Shown one piece after another: positions 39,043-54,200 of a stretch of 64,000 nucleotides of DNA. The stretch covers positions 8,122,001-8,186,000 of the forward strand of contig OZ059899.1 of the NCBI GenBank assembly GCA_964057225.1. The letters run 5' to 3'. The notes below the pieces were generated by a model. That model worked only from the letters and a program-made list of their open reading frames with translations. It did no database searches and had not been told where the DNA came from. This stretch comes from Auanema rhodensis. Its lineage: Eukaryota > Animalia > Nematoda. Both the position numbers and the translations under genes were made by a program. Each line of letters opens with the position of its first letter. Positions within the stretch are counted from its first letter, which is position 1.

Positions 39043-42000
39043 TAATATATAATATTTATATTTATATTTGTAAAATATTTGTAATTTTTATAACAATTTA
39101 TATATTTTTTTATTTATAATTGATTTGTTCATTCACTACCATTAAAGATAATGGTTTAGTTTATCTTTGATCTAAAAAAAGATGCTTCAGAGAGAGTTTG
39201 AGAGAAAAACAAGGAGGGAGGTAGAAGAAGTTAAGAAAACTTTTTATCTCAATTTCAATTATAATTTCAAACAAATTTTATTCGAATTTCAATTTTTTTC
39301 TCTCATTTTTCTCAATTTCGTTGAATACAAATACTCTTATATGTGTAATTTCTTCATACAATTCGTTAACTATGAAATTTAGATTAAGCTAAGCGATTTT
39401 AGTAGTTAAAAAGATTAAAAATTCCATTTTTCTGATTTGAATGTTCAACTGAATTGTTTGAACATCAGCTATATGTCTTCTGATTATAAAAATGGTTTGA
39501 CAAACTGACATCCAGACTTGTATGTCCATAGATATTTCAGTCAATGAATTTTTTTTTTTCATTTTAGACATCTTTATCCCAAGAGATTTTGATCCAGCAC
39601 ATCTTCCAAACACAAAAAAAATTTTTTCATCGTTTTTGTAAATATTTTTATCTTGAAATTTCATTTCAAATTCATTTGATTCTAAAATTCTTGAATGTAT
39701 ATTATATGAATTTTGTGAATCAGAAATATATATGTATATACAATCGTTTTTTAGTGTCTTCAATGATTTTATGTACTTTACCATACTATTCAAAAACGTG
39801 TGAAACTATTCAGGCTCACTAAGTTCAAAAACAATTAACTATGTGTATTCTTTCACACCCATCCTCCTCATCTTATTCTTCAAAGTTCATACCTTTTGAA
39901 AAATTCAATTCTAGAAACACTCAAGTTTTGGCTTCTATCCAGTTTTTTTTCAGAGATGAAAGAATAAATTAACGTCACGACGTCATTTCATAGCTTTTTT
40001 TCACTTAAATTTAATTTTTTATTATTTTTAGTTTCATAAAAGTCATTATGCTCATTATCAATGTAAGAGCTTCATTAATAGCATTTTCTAATCAAAGATC
40101 TTTGATCTCGAGGTAAAAAAAAGTTTTTTTTTGTATAAACTACATGTATTATATAATATAATAGTTAATATATAATTAAGTATGTTATAATATATCTGAT
40201 CTAAAAAAAGAACATAAACAAGGTGAATTATTAAAAAAATAATGAAAAAAGCCGTGTTCTCCAGCTGAGTAGTGATTCCATTTTCTTCATATTGTTTTCA
40301 ATCTATTTAATTCACAGCAATCATGAGCTGCGAATGTGAACATATTATACTATAAATATAATATATAATATATAATATAGAATATAGAATATATTCAATT
40401 TTTAATTATTTCTTTTTGTTTCTGTCATTTAACATTTTCACTTCCCTTCTCTCTTCAAATATAAACGTATAACTCATTATGGGCGTCCTTATCGCCAGAG
40501 GGCATGTTCATTTCCTGATTTTTAAGTCATTTATACACATCTATTTATGTATATAATGCATGTTTGCTTAAATATTTTTTATAAAATGTTGAATATTCCT
40601 TCATGTACATACATTTAAATATATATTTACATGTATAACTTTTATATTTTAAATAGATTTTTTGGTTTTTTCTGTGTAAATTTTCAATAATTCCAACACT
40701 GATCAAGATGAATATAAGTAATTCATTCATTTACAGCCTTTTAAAAACTTATTTTGCTTCATTAAAGTTCAATATTCATGTTTAATTACAGCCAGTATTG
40801 TATATGAAATAGATGAATTAAAAACTATTTATTATAATTTGTGAATGTCCTTATGTATTTTTGAATTATATTAATTATAGTTTTATCTATCCATATAGTT
40901 TAAATATTCTTTTTCATATTCTCTCTATTTTAAGTTTGTCCATATTTAGTTAAATATCTTTTTTTTTATTTTATTTTAAAATAATTAATTTATTATTTAA
41001 GATTATTCAAAGCAAAATAACTTTCTTTTTTCAATTTTATTAAAATAATAATATTTAACAAATAAAGAAAATAGTTGAAAAAGACTTATACGAGTAGAGA
41101 ATGAATTTTGAAGACAAAGAGCGACGTTGATGAATAGATTTTAGGCAAAGATGTGTTGTGGATGAAGCTAAGTTGTAACATTACAACACATATCCTTTCT
41201 TTTCTTTTTTTTTGCTTCCAAAGCTTTTCATCCTGTTCTGTTTTTCTGTTGAAATATGAATTTTTCATTTTATAACTTTGCTAACTATATTTTGTATTTG
41301 AGGTATCCGATGCTGTACAGCAGATGGTCTTGTTTTTAAATTATTTTAACAGTAAATGAATAGAAATATCTAAATATTATATGAATATACTTGTTTAATT
41401 GTCATATACATTTATCCAAAGAGACTGCTAAATTTTAGTTTTAGGACAGACTTCGTGGATGACTTCATCGAGCTGTCCGATCCGTCATCTGATACTCATT
41501 AATTTCCAATCGAATTCTGTCTCTTGTCTACATAAAACTCTTCAATTTGCTGTCTACTCATAAACCATCTGTAAAATTCATTTCATCCTGAGATCAGAAA
41601 CGTTATTAGACTATTCCTAAGAAGAAAAAAAAGAAGTTTAAACGTTGTCATGATGAATATGAATATCATCATGATTTAAAACATGTTCTTCATAAAACTT
41701 CTTAAGTTTACTATACATATACATTCAAAATAATTTTTTCTTAATCAAAGCAAGAAAAATCTAATTTGTCAGTTATTTCAAATTAAATGTGAGCTGTCAT
41801 ATACATATAGTATGTATACTTCTTATATAATATATACATACTATTTGTCTTTGAATGCTGTAAACTGCCAATTGCCAATTACGTTCCTTTCACTTTCCTT
41901 CATAGCTTTTTCGTTTCTTCTTTTGTCATTTTGTTTATTTTATAACAAATTTTATAAACTAATATATATATATATATATAAATGAATAGATATTATTAGA

Positions 42001-45000
42001 AACTTTTGAGAAAATATATATTATTTAAGTTTAATCTATTCATTACTATTTTAGTAACTAATTAAAATCATTTTTTTTATTTAATTGGTTCAAAATATTG
42101 AATATTAATTTTATTATTTATGAAGCTAATCTCAGAATATTAAAATAAGAGCAATGATGTAAGAATAAGTGGTACCGAAAAATGACGAGAGTGAGAGAGA
42201 TACAGAGAGACAAAGAAGGACAAACGGAAGGAAGCCCTCAGTGTCATTCAACTACTTAATCCTTTGCTCATTCTCATAATCTTTTCAATGTCGCCCCACC
42301 AACCATTCAGAAAGACAATCGGCTAGTCTTAGAATCCTTTGTATTTCAAATCGTCTCCTTTTACTCTCAGCTGAAATAGCTCCAACTTGCTTCAGTGTTA
42401 GCTTCATCTGCCATCTATTTTTCTCTTCGTCATTTACAATATTTTTCTTTTTTTTTGCGTTCAAAAACTCTTATTTCATTATTCTAAATATATCATTCTT
42501 TTTAAATTTGAGCTCTCACCAACTTTAACTTTTCTTCTGGCAAATGGTCAATAGAATCAAGAAGACGGAAGAGGGAAAGTTAAAACTTCCGTTACACTCA
42601 TGATCTCTTTGGCTTCAGAATCACCTTTGGTCCACAAAGCGATAGTAAGATGAGGGCTAAAGCTATGCTCAAACCCATAAACAATGAATACTTTCACAAC
42701 TAAAGTTAGAAAAAGGAATATGCTAGGAGAAGACGAAGGTGAATGACATAGAAGTCACATAGAACAGAGAAAAGCAGAAAGAGATCAATTTTAAAAACAC
42801 TCCTCCCTGCCAAGTTCAAAGTGATTATAGCTTTAACCCTTTTTTCTCGTCAGTTATTGAAAAATACATAATAACTCATGAGGTCTTTTCAAATTCTTAA
42901 CTTTAATAATTCAATTTTTATTAATTTGAAAACATAACAGCGTGGAAAGTTCAAGTATAGTTCTTGTAACATTGGCTATTATGTCATTTTCGTTCTTCAA
43001 ATTTGAACAACGATCGTTATTCATTTTCTTCTGATATTATGACATGATGTTTCCAATTATATATTTATTCTTTATTTTAAATATATTTGAATGTTATTCC
43101 TAATACTTTATGTACATATAATCTTTAATTATTCAGTTAGTAACAAAAATGATCTCAATTCATCTTCTTACACCTTTTCATTTCTCTTTTTCTAACAGTT
43201 TTTTTTTAAAACATAGTACTTTGGTATGTCAAGAAGTCTAGAAAAAAAATCAAAAATTCATTGTTTCAAGATCATTCATCCATCAATAGAGCAATGAAAT
43301 TTCATTGAAATCAACTTGTGAATACCATCAAATGTTTTTCAAATATTCTTTAAAGTTCAACATCAATTTCAAATAAAGTTTTAAACTTCCTGATAAGAAA
43401 ATGTTTTAATTATCATAAAGATATATATTTTATAATATTATATTTCTAAATATCTATTTTATTTTAAAAATTGTTTCCTTTTAAAGTTTATGGAACAGAC
43501 AGTTCTTAAATATTTTCGTTAACTATTAGTCATGCATGATGATGATGATGATGATGATGTCAGTCAAATGTTCTGAATGATTATCGAATAAGCCTTGAAG
43601 CCATATGATCAAATTATTAATTTTATATACCATATTTCATCATTGTCATACATAAATATATTTCCTTAATCTTTTAAATTGTACAAGAGTACTCTACCAG
43701 ATATAATCCTTGGATGATCATTTATCAATCAAGAAATACCAATGTCTGGCGAGTTTTAAAGGACAAACGCTTTCATTTGCAGCAAATCCTATACATATTT
43801 ATTCATAAATATTTTTATGGATTTTCTGTAAACTTAGCTTGTTCCTTTTGATAATTAGAAATGTAGTTCAGAAAACTGTTTTCTATGTTTAAGTATTTGT
43901 TATATCTTCTTTTCTGAAATAATATCGGTCGGGAAAGACATCTGTAAACTATGCATAATTCAGTTGACATGACGTCGGTATGTCCAGGCTCATTCAAAAT
44001 ACAAAAAGCTTTCGAGCTTTTCAAGTTTGAAACCTTAAAGTCTTAAAAGAAGCTTAGGGAACGTAGATACTTTCTAAAGCTCCACGTACAATCCTGGCAA
44101 CAGATGTGCTGAATTTCCGGTCAAGAGGATTGAAACAATTGTCTTCTATTTCGTATCCGCCTTCAGGTCATATAAAATCCTTGATTTCTCATGCTTCTGT
44201 CTTTTCAAAAGAATTTAAAAGAAAACGAGGGTGTGTGAAGAAGAGAAATAGCTAGAGAGATAAGGGGGAGATTGGGAGTGAGAAAGAGAAATAAGCAGGA
44301 AATATATAGAGATATGGTGAGCTTTTGAGAGGTTAGAAGCCAAGCATTTCAAATTGAAACTACAGCCAAAATCTATCAATAATAGATGTTCTTTCCTCTC
44401 TGACTTTGTCCTTTTGAATCAATCGCACAATTTATGTGCAACTTTTTCTCTTGTATACTCTGAGCTCCATCCTGTTTCAAAACCTTTACTCTATTTCTCC
44501 CACCTCTACCTTGTTGCTGTTCTCTCTTTTTCCCTCATTCTATCTTTTCCTCTTATATTTTCTTTATCTCTCTTATTCTCTCTATATTCTTCCATTCATC
44601 GTTCATTTTATTTTTATTCATTGACAGTGGGTGTGCTTTGTAAGGTCACGACCATGCTGCTTCCAAAACCTTTAACCTATACAGGTGTTTCGGTTCATTC
44701 ATGTTTCCATAAAGCTCATAAAGCTCGAGTAAGCTAATTGCCCTCATGTTTTAAGCCTTAGTCAACCATATTCCGCCTCTTAATGTATTTTATAAAATAC
44801 TATGCTTTTTAAGTTAATTTTACAAGAAAATACATTAAAATCTTGTCAAAAGGGGTAGGTGGTATGCAATATGACATCGATAGTATACTATGCTTATTCT
44901 AATATTATAGTTTTGCCAGTTTTGCTCAAATTTATGTATTTTTTCAAATATTATATGAGTTCTTTTCTTTTTTGATGGCTTCTTCTAAAGACTTTTTTAG

Positions 45001-48000
45001 TAATACTATTATTTCAGAATGAAAAAAATGAAACGGGAACTGATGGGCTCTAATGATATTACTGTAATTCATGAAATTTCGGTATTTTTTCTTATTTTTT
45101 TTATCTCGTCACAAGAGTATATACTATTAATCTAAGTCTTGGCCTAATAGACCAAAAATACTAATCTCTTTCTTTTTCTTTTTTTTTATTTTAATTCTTT
45201 ATTTCAACTCTATTGACTACGATAGTTCGTAGTTTAGCATTTAAATATTTCAATGACTTTTTGATGTTTTGAACACAAAAACAGAATAAAGGCTGTATAG
45301 CAAAGAATAAAGATGAGCAACAGCAACAACTGCAAATCTCTGGCGTCATTGTGGACAAGCCATCCGGTTTCTATCCGCTGAACACGGAAATAGTATGTGT
45401 CTGAAACAGAGTACGAGAGAAATGAAGACTCGGTACCAGACAAATTTCTGGAGAGTTTCGACTGACCAACTGGTGGACAGAGCAATTGATCTTGACTCAC
45501 CGATATACAATTCAATTTGTTTTTAATGTTTGTTTTTATTCTTTTAAACAAAAAAATATATATTTCTAACTAATAATCTATATGATTAGGTCTACTGTTC
45601 CTATAAATCTCATTAAAATTTACGTGAAATTTCACGTAAACATATTATTTTTTATCGGAAGATTTTATGAACTGGTTGACTTCAATTCTTCTTCAAGCAT
45701 TCGAAAAAACTTCAAGTTTTGTAGGCTTTTTCTCTTCTTCTTTCCTTCCGTTCACGCTCACTTTAATCACATTTTTCATGTTTTTCTTTATGATGTTTTT
45801 ACAAAAAAAAACAGATTTTTTCATTGAAGTCTTAGTTATGAGGTATTCATATTCAAGTTTATTGTCTTTCTTTTAACGAAATTCAAGAAAAGCTCCTGAA
45901 CATTATATATTTCCCTTTAACACTGAAATGTGAGTATAGAGCACAGATTAACTTGAACAGCATACGACGGCATCATTCTTGTCTGCCTATCTGTCCGTTT
46001 GTCTGCTCATCTCTCATAGATATTCTTTGATCGATCAAAAGCTGAACAGGATAGATGTACAGATCAAGCTTCAGAAGCTTGTTTCGAGCTTTAGCATCCT
46101 CCTGCTTATTGTTGTGTTCCTAAGCATCTGTAAAATAATTCAATTTATTTGAACACATATCCTCCAAATCAAAAATACAGAAGACTTTGAGGAATAGAAA
46201 AGTTTATGTTAGATTAACTACTTTACTTATGTAATTGTATTCTTCATTGTTTTTTTCTCTTTGATCGTATTTTAATTCAAACCAAGATGTAGATATATGA
46301 ATGTATCTTTCATATTCATCTTTCTATCAGTTCTTATCTTTTATACCAAAAATTCCGAATTAGAACCCGATCTGATCGCTTGGATTCTCTTTCTTTTATC
46401 TTTTCACACTAATTGAAACAAATTTAACATTTCGTATATGAATATGTATATATTCATTATAAATTTTATTTTTGTATTTTATTTTAAAATTAAATTGTTT
46501 TAATTAAATTCATAACGTCATTTTTCTATGGCATTTTCTTGAGGGACAAGTACTCTTATAAGATAAGGCGTCATCTTCGTCTCTTTTGCTTTTGGCCACT
46601 TACGATCTTATGGAAAAAGAATTATATTTAGTTCAGACTGTTTAAGTAGCTCTTGCCGGAAAAGGAAAGGAACGAAAGAAAAAGAAAGAAGGAAGAAAGA
46701 AGTTGAGAGACAAAGAGAATTGAAGAGAATTGTGAGTGTTTTCGGCATATCTAAAGACTGCTCTCTGCTTGTCTAATGACCTATGCGGAAAGCGTTGTCT
46801 TTTGCTCTGTAGACCGTCTGCTGGCCATGGCTGCTCATCCACGGCCCCGGAGGGAGACGGGGGGAGGTGACGGAGGTTGAAGTAGCACCAGGAGACAGAA
46901 TCTCCCAACCTATGTCCAGCAGACGTGAGTCTGCTCTTCTCTATCACTCTCTCTTTTATTCTCATCTTCTTACAATTGACAATGGTTATCCATTCTATCT
47001 CTCTCTCTCATAATCTATCTCTCTGATGATTGTTATGGCTTGTTAGAAGAGTAAGAGTTGAAACGAAGCAGCTGTTGAACAGTTATATTGCCTTCTCTCT
47101 TCATTTCTTCATTTTCTTTTTCCGTACTTTACTATCCGATCATCATTAACTCGATGCTATGTATAACCTTCATATCTGATCTTCGTCTTAGTCAGAATTT
47201 GATTTCATTCCTTTGCCTTCTCTTCTACCCATCAGTCATCAGTAAGCTTCAAATTTCTACTGTTTTCTATCTTTCTCTAAACTCTTTATTTTTCCGTCAC
47301 CCTCATCCGCCAATTTCCCTTAACATCACAATAGATCTAGACATCTTCTAAATGTGTAATCTCTGATCAGTATCACACTATCCTTTAATTTACAATTATA
47401 ATTGATGTAACAATGTCAAATTGTGTGTTAACTATATGATACTATAGTTTAACCGTTGTATTTTATTTGTTTACATACTATTATGTAGCTTTTCACATGA
47501 ATACTTCCAGTATTTTCTATTACGATTGAAACAGTAGTTTCAGCATCTTCTGTTGCTTCCTCAAAACATAGCATTTTAGTGCGAACTATTGATTGATCTG
47601 ATTAGCTCTGAAGAAAAATATCGGACAACGACAAAGAGGCTCCTGAAACAATCGGGCTCGTCAAAGAACAATAAGTGGGGAGGATAGTAGATCGGTTCCA
47701 TTTGATTCGTCTTTGAATCTGTTCTTCTCATATACTAAACTCAATGCGAATCGGCTACTGATTGCATCCCATATTCTGTTTCATCGTCCACTTGTCGTTT
47801 GTTGACATTCTGAATCAAGACACATAATTAGTTGAATCGCAACCGATACTGGTGCCAACAACGTATAGAAGACATCAAGAGAATGAGGATGAGAACGTTC
47901 GTTAGACACGTATATTTGAAGATGATGACGTTAGTAAGTATAACGACATATTCATGTGTATATAGAAAGCTTCATAGAAGAAAAAGCTGAAAGACAAAGA

Positions 48001-48183
48001 CGTAAGCTGAAAATTGAAGATTTTGAGTGTTCTGAAGGATAAAGAAAGAGTATATTCAATAATGATTTCATTCTTTAATATTTCCTTTGTTGCCATTTTA
48101 CACTTTGAGACTCATTAAACTCAAATCTAACTTTTTTTCAGAAGAAAAACTAAAGTTGGTATACTCTTTTCATACTTTCAAAT

Positions 48184-48185
<2 letters not shown>

Positions 48186-48238
<53 letters not shown>
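48186..48238. repeat. (CT)n microsatellite
   Basis: Perfect CT run. Confidence 0.9.
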
Positions 48239-48243
<5 letters not shown>

Positions 48244-51200
48244 ACTAAGTCTCTCCCCCTCCATCTTTCTCTCTCTCTATACTCTTCTCTGTATTTCCTC
48301 CAATTTCTTCTTTACTGATCTCATTTTTGCTCTCATTCTTCACCAGAATTGCTCCACTTTTAACTCTCTATCTTTCTCTACCCCTCTCTAAATTGTGTCT
48401 ACTCTTTCTACTTATTGCTCTGCCTTTATCCCACTACTGAGTTTCTACTAGTTCAAGTCCTCGTCCCATTGTTCAAATCTCTCGAAGCTTACACTACTAT
48501 CTCTCTTTCTCTCTGTTTCGTTCCCTTTCCTAGTCAGATTCTCAAGATTCAGACAATAGTTCGTCGTCGACAAAATTTAGGAACCTCAACTAAACTTTCA
48601 TATTTCTAGCTCTGCGGTCTTCAATGTCGTTTCTCATTTCTTTCTTCCTCGCTAATATATTCGTTTTATTCTTTCTTCCTTCTCACTTGTCCTTTTTTTC
48701 TTTTTGACTGCTTCCACGAAATTTCTTTTGGATTTTTTTTTTAAATTGTGGCATAATGAAATTTGTTTCTTCTTTCGGCTTCATCAATATCTTCAGGCTT
48801 TTAATTTCCGGTTAATATTTCAACTTTTCTCGATCTGTAGCTTTTATTTCCTCATTTTCAACATTAGACTTTTGAAATTCCATAATTTTCAATTGAATTC
48901 CAAATCATTTTAACTATAATGTTCATTAACTATAAGCGGTATTCATAATTCAACGACATAAAAAAGGATTTCAAATATGTGAATGCTCGTTACTTTGAAA
49001 TTTCCATAATTATACAAGCATTGAAGAAGAATATTAAAGAATTGACTCATAATTTTTATGGATAATCATAATTATATATCTCTTGAAGTCATATTTCATC
49101 GTCTGCAATCAATTAAATTTCAATATTTTATGTAATTTATACGATATAATTTAATAATTCTCCAATATTTCTCTATCAATATACATATATACTTGTATAT
49201 CCATACATATATACTTACCCTATCAATCGCCATGTGTGAAGTTTTGAGGGAATATGGAAGTAGATTTTAAAATCTATATTGCACGTGCCACTCTATACCC
49301 GGTTGATCACCATTCCCACGATAATCGTCAACCCACCCAAACTCCTTCACTTGTCCTGCTTGGTCAGCAAGAGAAAAGAGAGAGAGAGACAGAGGATACT
49401 TCAATTCCTACTAAACATTCCATCATCGAAACTGAAAAGACGCAATCTACGATAGCTTGCCAAGATTCGAAAGAAAAAGAAGAAGGAAACGTTTTTCTCT
49501 GAATACCCATAATGCCGTCAACATCATCACCATTATCACCGTTATTGTCGAAGCGCACCGTCATCCGTGATGTAGTTCTGATGAACGACAATGTGATCTT
49601 TGTCTTCATCATCAAAACCTTCTCTAATACGCCATGTATGCCATCCCAGTGTGACCAAAAACCGGTGATCTCACATATCAATTTTTCGATTTTCATATTT
49701 TCTATGACCTCACCCTCACTTGTCCTACAGTGAGCTTGACCGTTTTCACACGTCCGATCAGATTAAATTCATCAATTGAAGAGAAAATACAACGAGATCA
49801 AAATGAGTAGCCATTCGATTTGTCGTACTTTTATCTGAATTTCCTCACAGATTATAGCATATCCTGTTGTGTCGTAACGTATGTATGTATCTACATCCCA
49901 CTCATCAACTGTCATCGTTTCCCAACCTCCTCATTACCTCTTACATCATTTCTTATCTTTTCATTCCAACGTCTCTCAATCATTTCCAATATTTCTCTTA
50001 TTATTTTTCTGAATTTTATATAATATATGCTTCTTCAAACGAATATTGGCAACAGCTGTTTTCAAATCAGCTGATGAAGAGAGTGATGATAATGTGATAC
50101 GAGAATCAGCGAACCAGTCGTTAGATATATAACACAGAATATCTAGTCAATCGTGTTGTTAGATATACAACTACATTTTGTTTTTGAACCTTTTATAACT
50201 TATCTTCTTCAAGAAGTCTCTATCCTTTTTGTTTTCTTTCTTCTCTTCTGTTGCAATTATACGAATTTCAGTCATTCTTAATGGTTTGATAGCGAAAAAA
50301 ACATTGAAAATGGGTGTTTTCTTATTCATTTTCATAAAAATAGTATATATTTATATATTTATATTTATATATAAATATGTATTTGTATAAACTTAATGCT
50401 GATTAATTTAAATATATTATATTGAATGTTACAGTCTGAGATGATTTGTTCTTAGAAGAGATATAAAAGAGAGAAAGAGAACATATAAGAGATATTAAGT
50501 GACTTAGAGAGACGAAAGTAAGTTCAAAGATAAGATAGATTCGGACAATTATAAGAACAGATATTGGGTTTGTATGTCCCTTCGTTTTCCTTTCTTATCC
50601 CCCCGACACCATATTCAGCATCCCCTCCCACTCGCCATCCTCCCATTACCGCTACCAAGTGAGAAGACAATAAGAGACATGAAATCGTAAGATTTTAAGA
50701 GAGTTTCAGAGATAAACAGAAATAGTTAATGTGTAAGAGACCGTGAATTTAATGAAGAGAGGAAGAGGACTAAGAAGAAGAGATAAAGCAACAGCTATAT
50801 CAGACCAGTCGTTCGCATTCCGCTTAAAGAACCGACCTTTCTAGCCCAGGCCTGTAGATACATACAACTATGATTTAATGCATCCAAATATAGATAAAGC
50901 AATGGTTAAGCTAGATACAACCACGGAACTACATGTTTCAGAATGTGGTTAATCAATGTCCTAACATAAGTCTTCCAGTTATTTCATGTGAATTCAGAAA
51001 AAAAAAGTTATTTCTCAGCTTTTCCACTTTACTTGAATTTCTTTGTAAATATTCTTACCTCCCTTGTACTAGAAATCCCCTTCTTTCTTCCACTTTCCGA
51101 TTGTGTGGGTATATTCTTCTCAGGGCCAGCTGCTGAAAACTCGTGCTCAAAGCACTTGAAGTTGCGCAGCCTCAGATCAGAGGAGATAGAAGTGTAGAGC

Positions 51201-54200
51201 TCCAGCAATCTTCTTGTCTTTATATTCTTCAATTCTTCATTATTTTGTCAGACTTTCTTGTCATCTTATCAAACGTTGATCAGTAGCAATTGCATATACA
51301 AACTTAGCAAAACACGCTAGAAACATAAACAACATATTCTGTACTTTATTTTAATGTTAGCAATATACATTTTGAAAAATTAATATACAGATACAGATAT
51401 ATATTATATTATATAAATATATTTTCTAATTTTATAAATCTGATGACGATGTTGATGATGATATTTCAATTTCTTTTTTGTTATATTCTCTTCTCTTCCA
51501 CATACATCTGATCAAATATTGTACCCACAGCTTTTGCCACCTCGTTTTTTCTTCTTCTCTCATTTAATTTTCCTCCCTCTCTTTTTTCTCTTCACTTTAT
51601 TTTTGATATATCTAAACTAATTCTATATAAAGCATTATTTCTTTTGGTCATTTTACTATTCCAAAGAAAATTTCTCCTTTTTTGCCGCAGATTCCAGCTT
51701 CTCAATCCCTTATGCTCACTTGCATATATATATAGGATTAGTCTCGTCTTCACTCTGCTTCCTTTCGTACTATTTATTTCCATTTTTATTTAAATCTTTC
51801 TTATTTATAATTATTCATTTTCATAACTATATCTCATTCGTTTCTACATCATCACCCTTGTCATCAGTTTTGTCATCATTATCTTCTTTTTTCTGTCATT
51901 TGGACTTTATGATGGTCATATAATATATATTATGAAGAAGCGTTGAGTTGAATAAGTCCTTGATCGGAAATTTTTGCTTTCAGTTTGAAACTCTCCTTTT
52001 CCTTGCTCTCTCGTAAGAGCTTTTCATCTCTCATTCGTCTCTATCCTATCCTTTACTATCCAACTACTATCTATGTAGTTCTATAGCATTCATCACAAAA
52101 TCAGTTTTTTTTGTTCTTTTTGTCTCTTATTTCAGCTTTTTTTTAAAACTTGTTGCATTGATTTCGAACCAATTTGACTCATTTCTCACTACTACCTTTT
52201 CGCCTACTCCTTTTCCACCTCATTCGCCTCAATTCAGATTTTCCCCTCATTTCTTCGATTGCTTTTCTTTCCGTAGATGGATGTAAGACAAACGAAAGAC
52301 TCTAAATTCCAAATGATAATGTCATCCGATGCCCCCCGTTTTCTCTTCACCCTCCGAACTTTTCTTTTCAATCTCCAGCATTAGACACAGTCAATCGTAT
52401 CCATCCGATATGTGTTCTCAACTTTTTCACAAAATTTCATATGACATGAACAAACAACGCATGTTATTTCTATCCTATATATATAATATAACCCTAGTCT
52501 ATGTATAGTTTATAATATTTTCTTCTTCTCTTTAATAATTTTTTTATTTATCTTTATCTTTAACTCTTATTATGTGCTTTTATAAACTTTTTTCAAGCTT
52601 CATCTTCAAGCTATAAGCACATCTACAACCTATTTCTTTGAATGTACCTGAAGATGTTTTGTTTTAAAGCTTAATCTTATCAAATCAACATTCCTCTTGC
52701 AATTTTAACGTATTACATCCATTTCATCTGAGTTCGCTTGTTTTCTATTGCAGACCTCATTTTGCCCTCCGACTCATTCGTCTTCAGCCACTGGCACAGC
52801 TTCTCATTGTGTGTGAATAACCTCATTTTTGCTAAAAATGCGTGCAGTCTTCCTTTTTTGGTCAACGACGACGTGTATCCCTAGAATTCTTTTCTGTTCC
52901 TCATAATCTATGTCGATTCAAAAATCGATGCTATTAAATTTTCGTTTCATTATTTCTTTCCGAGCATACATTGAATATACTACAATTTCGAAATCACATA
53001 AGTTTTTTATCATTTTTTTTTAAATTTTCAAGTATTGCTATATCATTTTCCGTGTACATTCAATGTTTTTGTACTTTTTGCGATGCAATATTTAAAAAAA
53101 GGAAATTGAATGAGAGGGTGAATACACTTGAAATACGAAGTTGATGATAAAGCTGAAACGGATGACGGCCCATGTCACTATCCAAAGTTTAACGAAAGGG
53201 GTTTGAATTCAGCTGAAATGATGAAATGAGAATAGTGGATACTCCGTGATTCGATACTGTCATCTTACGACACGCCAGCTCCAACTGTCAGCTTTCCTTT
53301 CGTTCTGTTTACCCTCTTGACTGGCTTTCTACCTCTTTATATCCTATAATCTATATTCCATCGATTATTGAAGATTTCGTTCCAGTTTTATCATACACAT
53401 ACAAACACACATTCATACATACATCTCTGATTTTCTGCTCCTATTTTCGTTTATTTCAGGATCAGTCTCTCCCTCAATCTCTCTCGATGCAGCTCTCTCT
53501 CTCAACTGTTATCCTATATTTCTTGTAGCATTGCTTCTCTCTCTTTTTTTTTAAATCACCTTTTCAATGTGGCTGTAGACAAAAATCAAATCCTCATGTG
53601 ATATGCTAAAAGAACCTGGAAGCTTTTCCAGCTGAGACAATCTCTACGAACCTATCGCCTATCCCTCTCTCAATCTATATCTTTGTCTGTCTGGCATTCT
53701 CTCTTCTCCGCTGCCTCTTTTCGTTTTTCTTTCTTATTTTATCTTACGGCTCAGTCTTGTCTTCTCTTTATCTGTTTCAATGACCTCATGACTTCTGAAG
53801 TTATTATTTTCTATTGTTTTCTGAGTTTGTTGCTACTGTTCGTCTCATATTTCATCGTGATTTTTCAAATAATTTCATTAACTTGTTCATATTTTCAGAT
53901 ATATTCCACTTAATATATTTCTTGCCGTGTTTGCAGTGCCTTTAAATACAGATATTCTATTTCTATCATAGGTTAGTTCAATTTTATTTTTTATTCTTTT
54001 GTTTTTTTATTCAAAAATTCTCAATATCAACGTATCGGTTATTCAAATCAAATCAAGACGTTTCATAATTTGTTTTCGAAATTGAAAATATTTTTATGTC
54101 AAAACATCCTAAACATCTTCAGATAGTATCTTGAATTTGCCATGTTTAGCTTTTCATTACGAGCCCCTAAACTTCTTGTTAATGTGTCTCACGTGTGTTC

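Noticed and set aside
41430-41580. Exon-like minus-strand segment after a TTTTACAG acceptor
   Set aside because: All three frames close within about 25 codons and I found no partner exons, so a gene cannot be supported.
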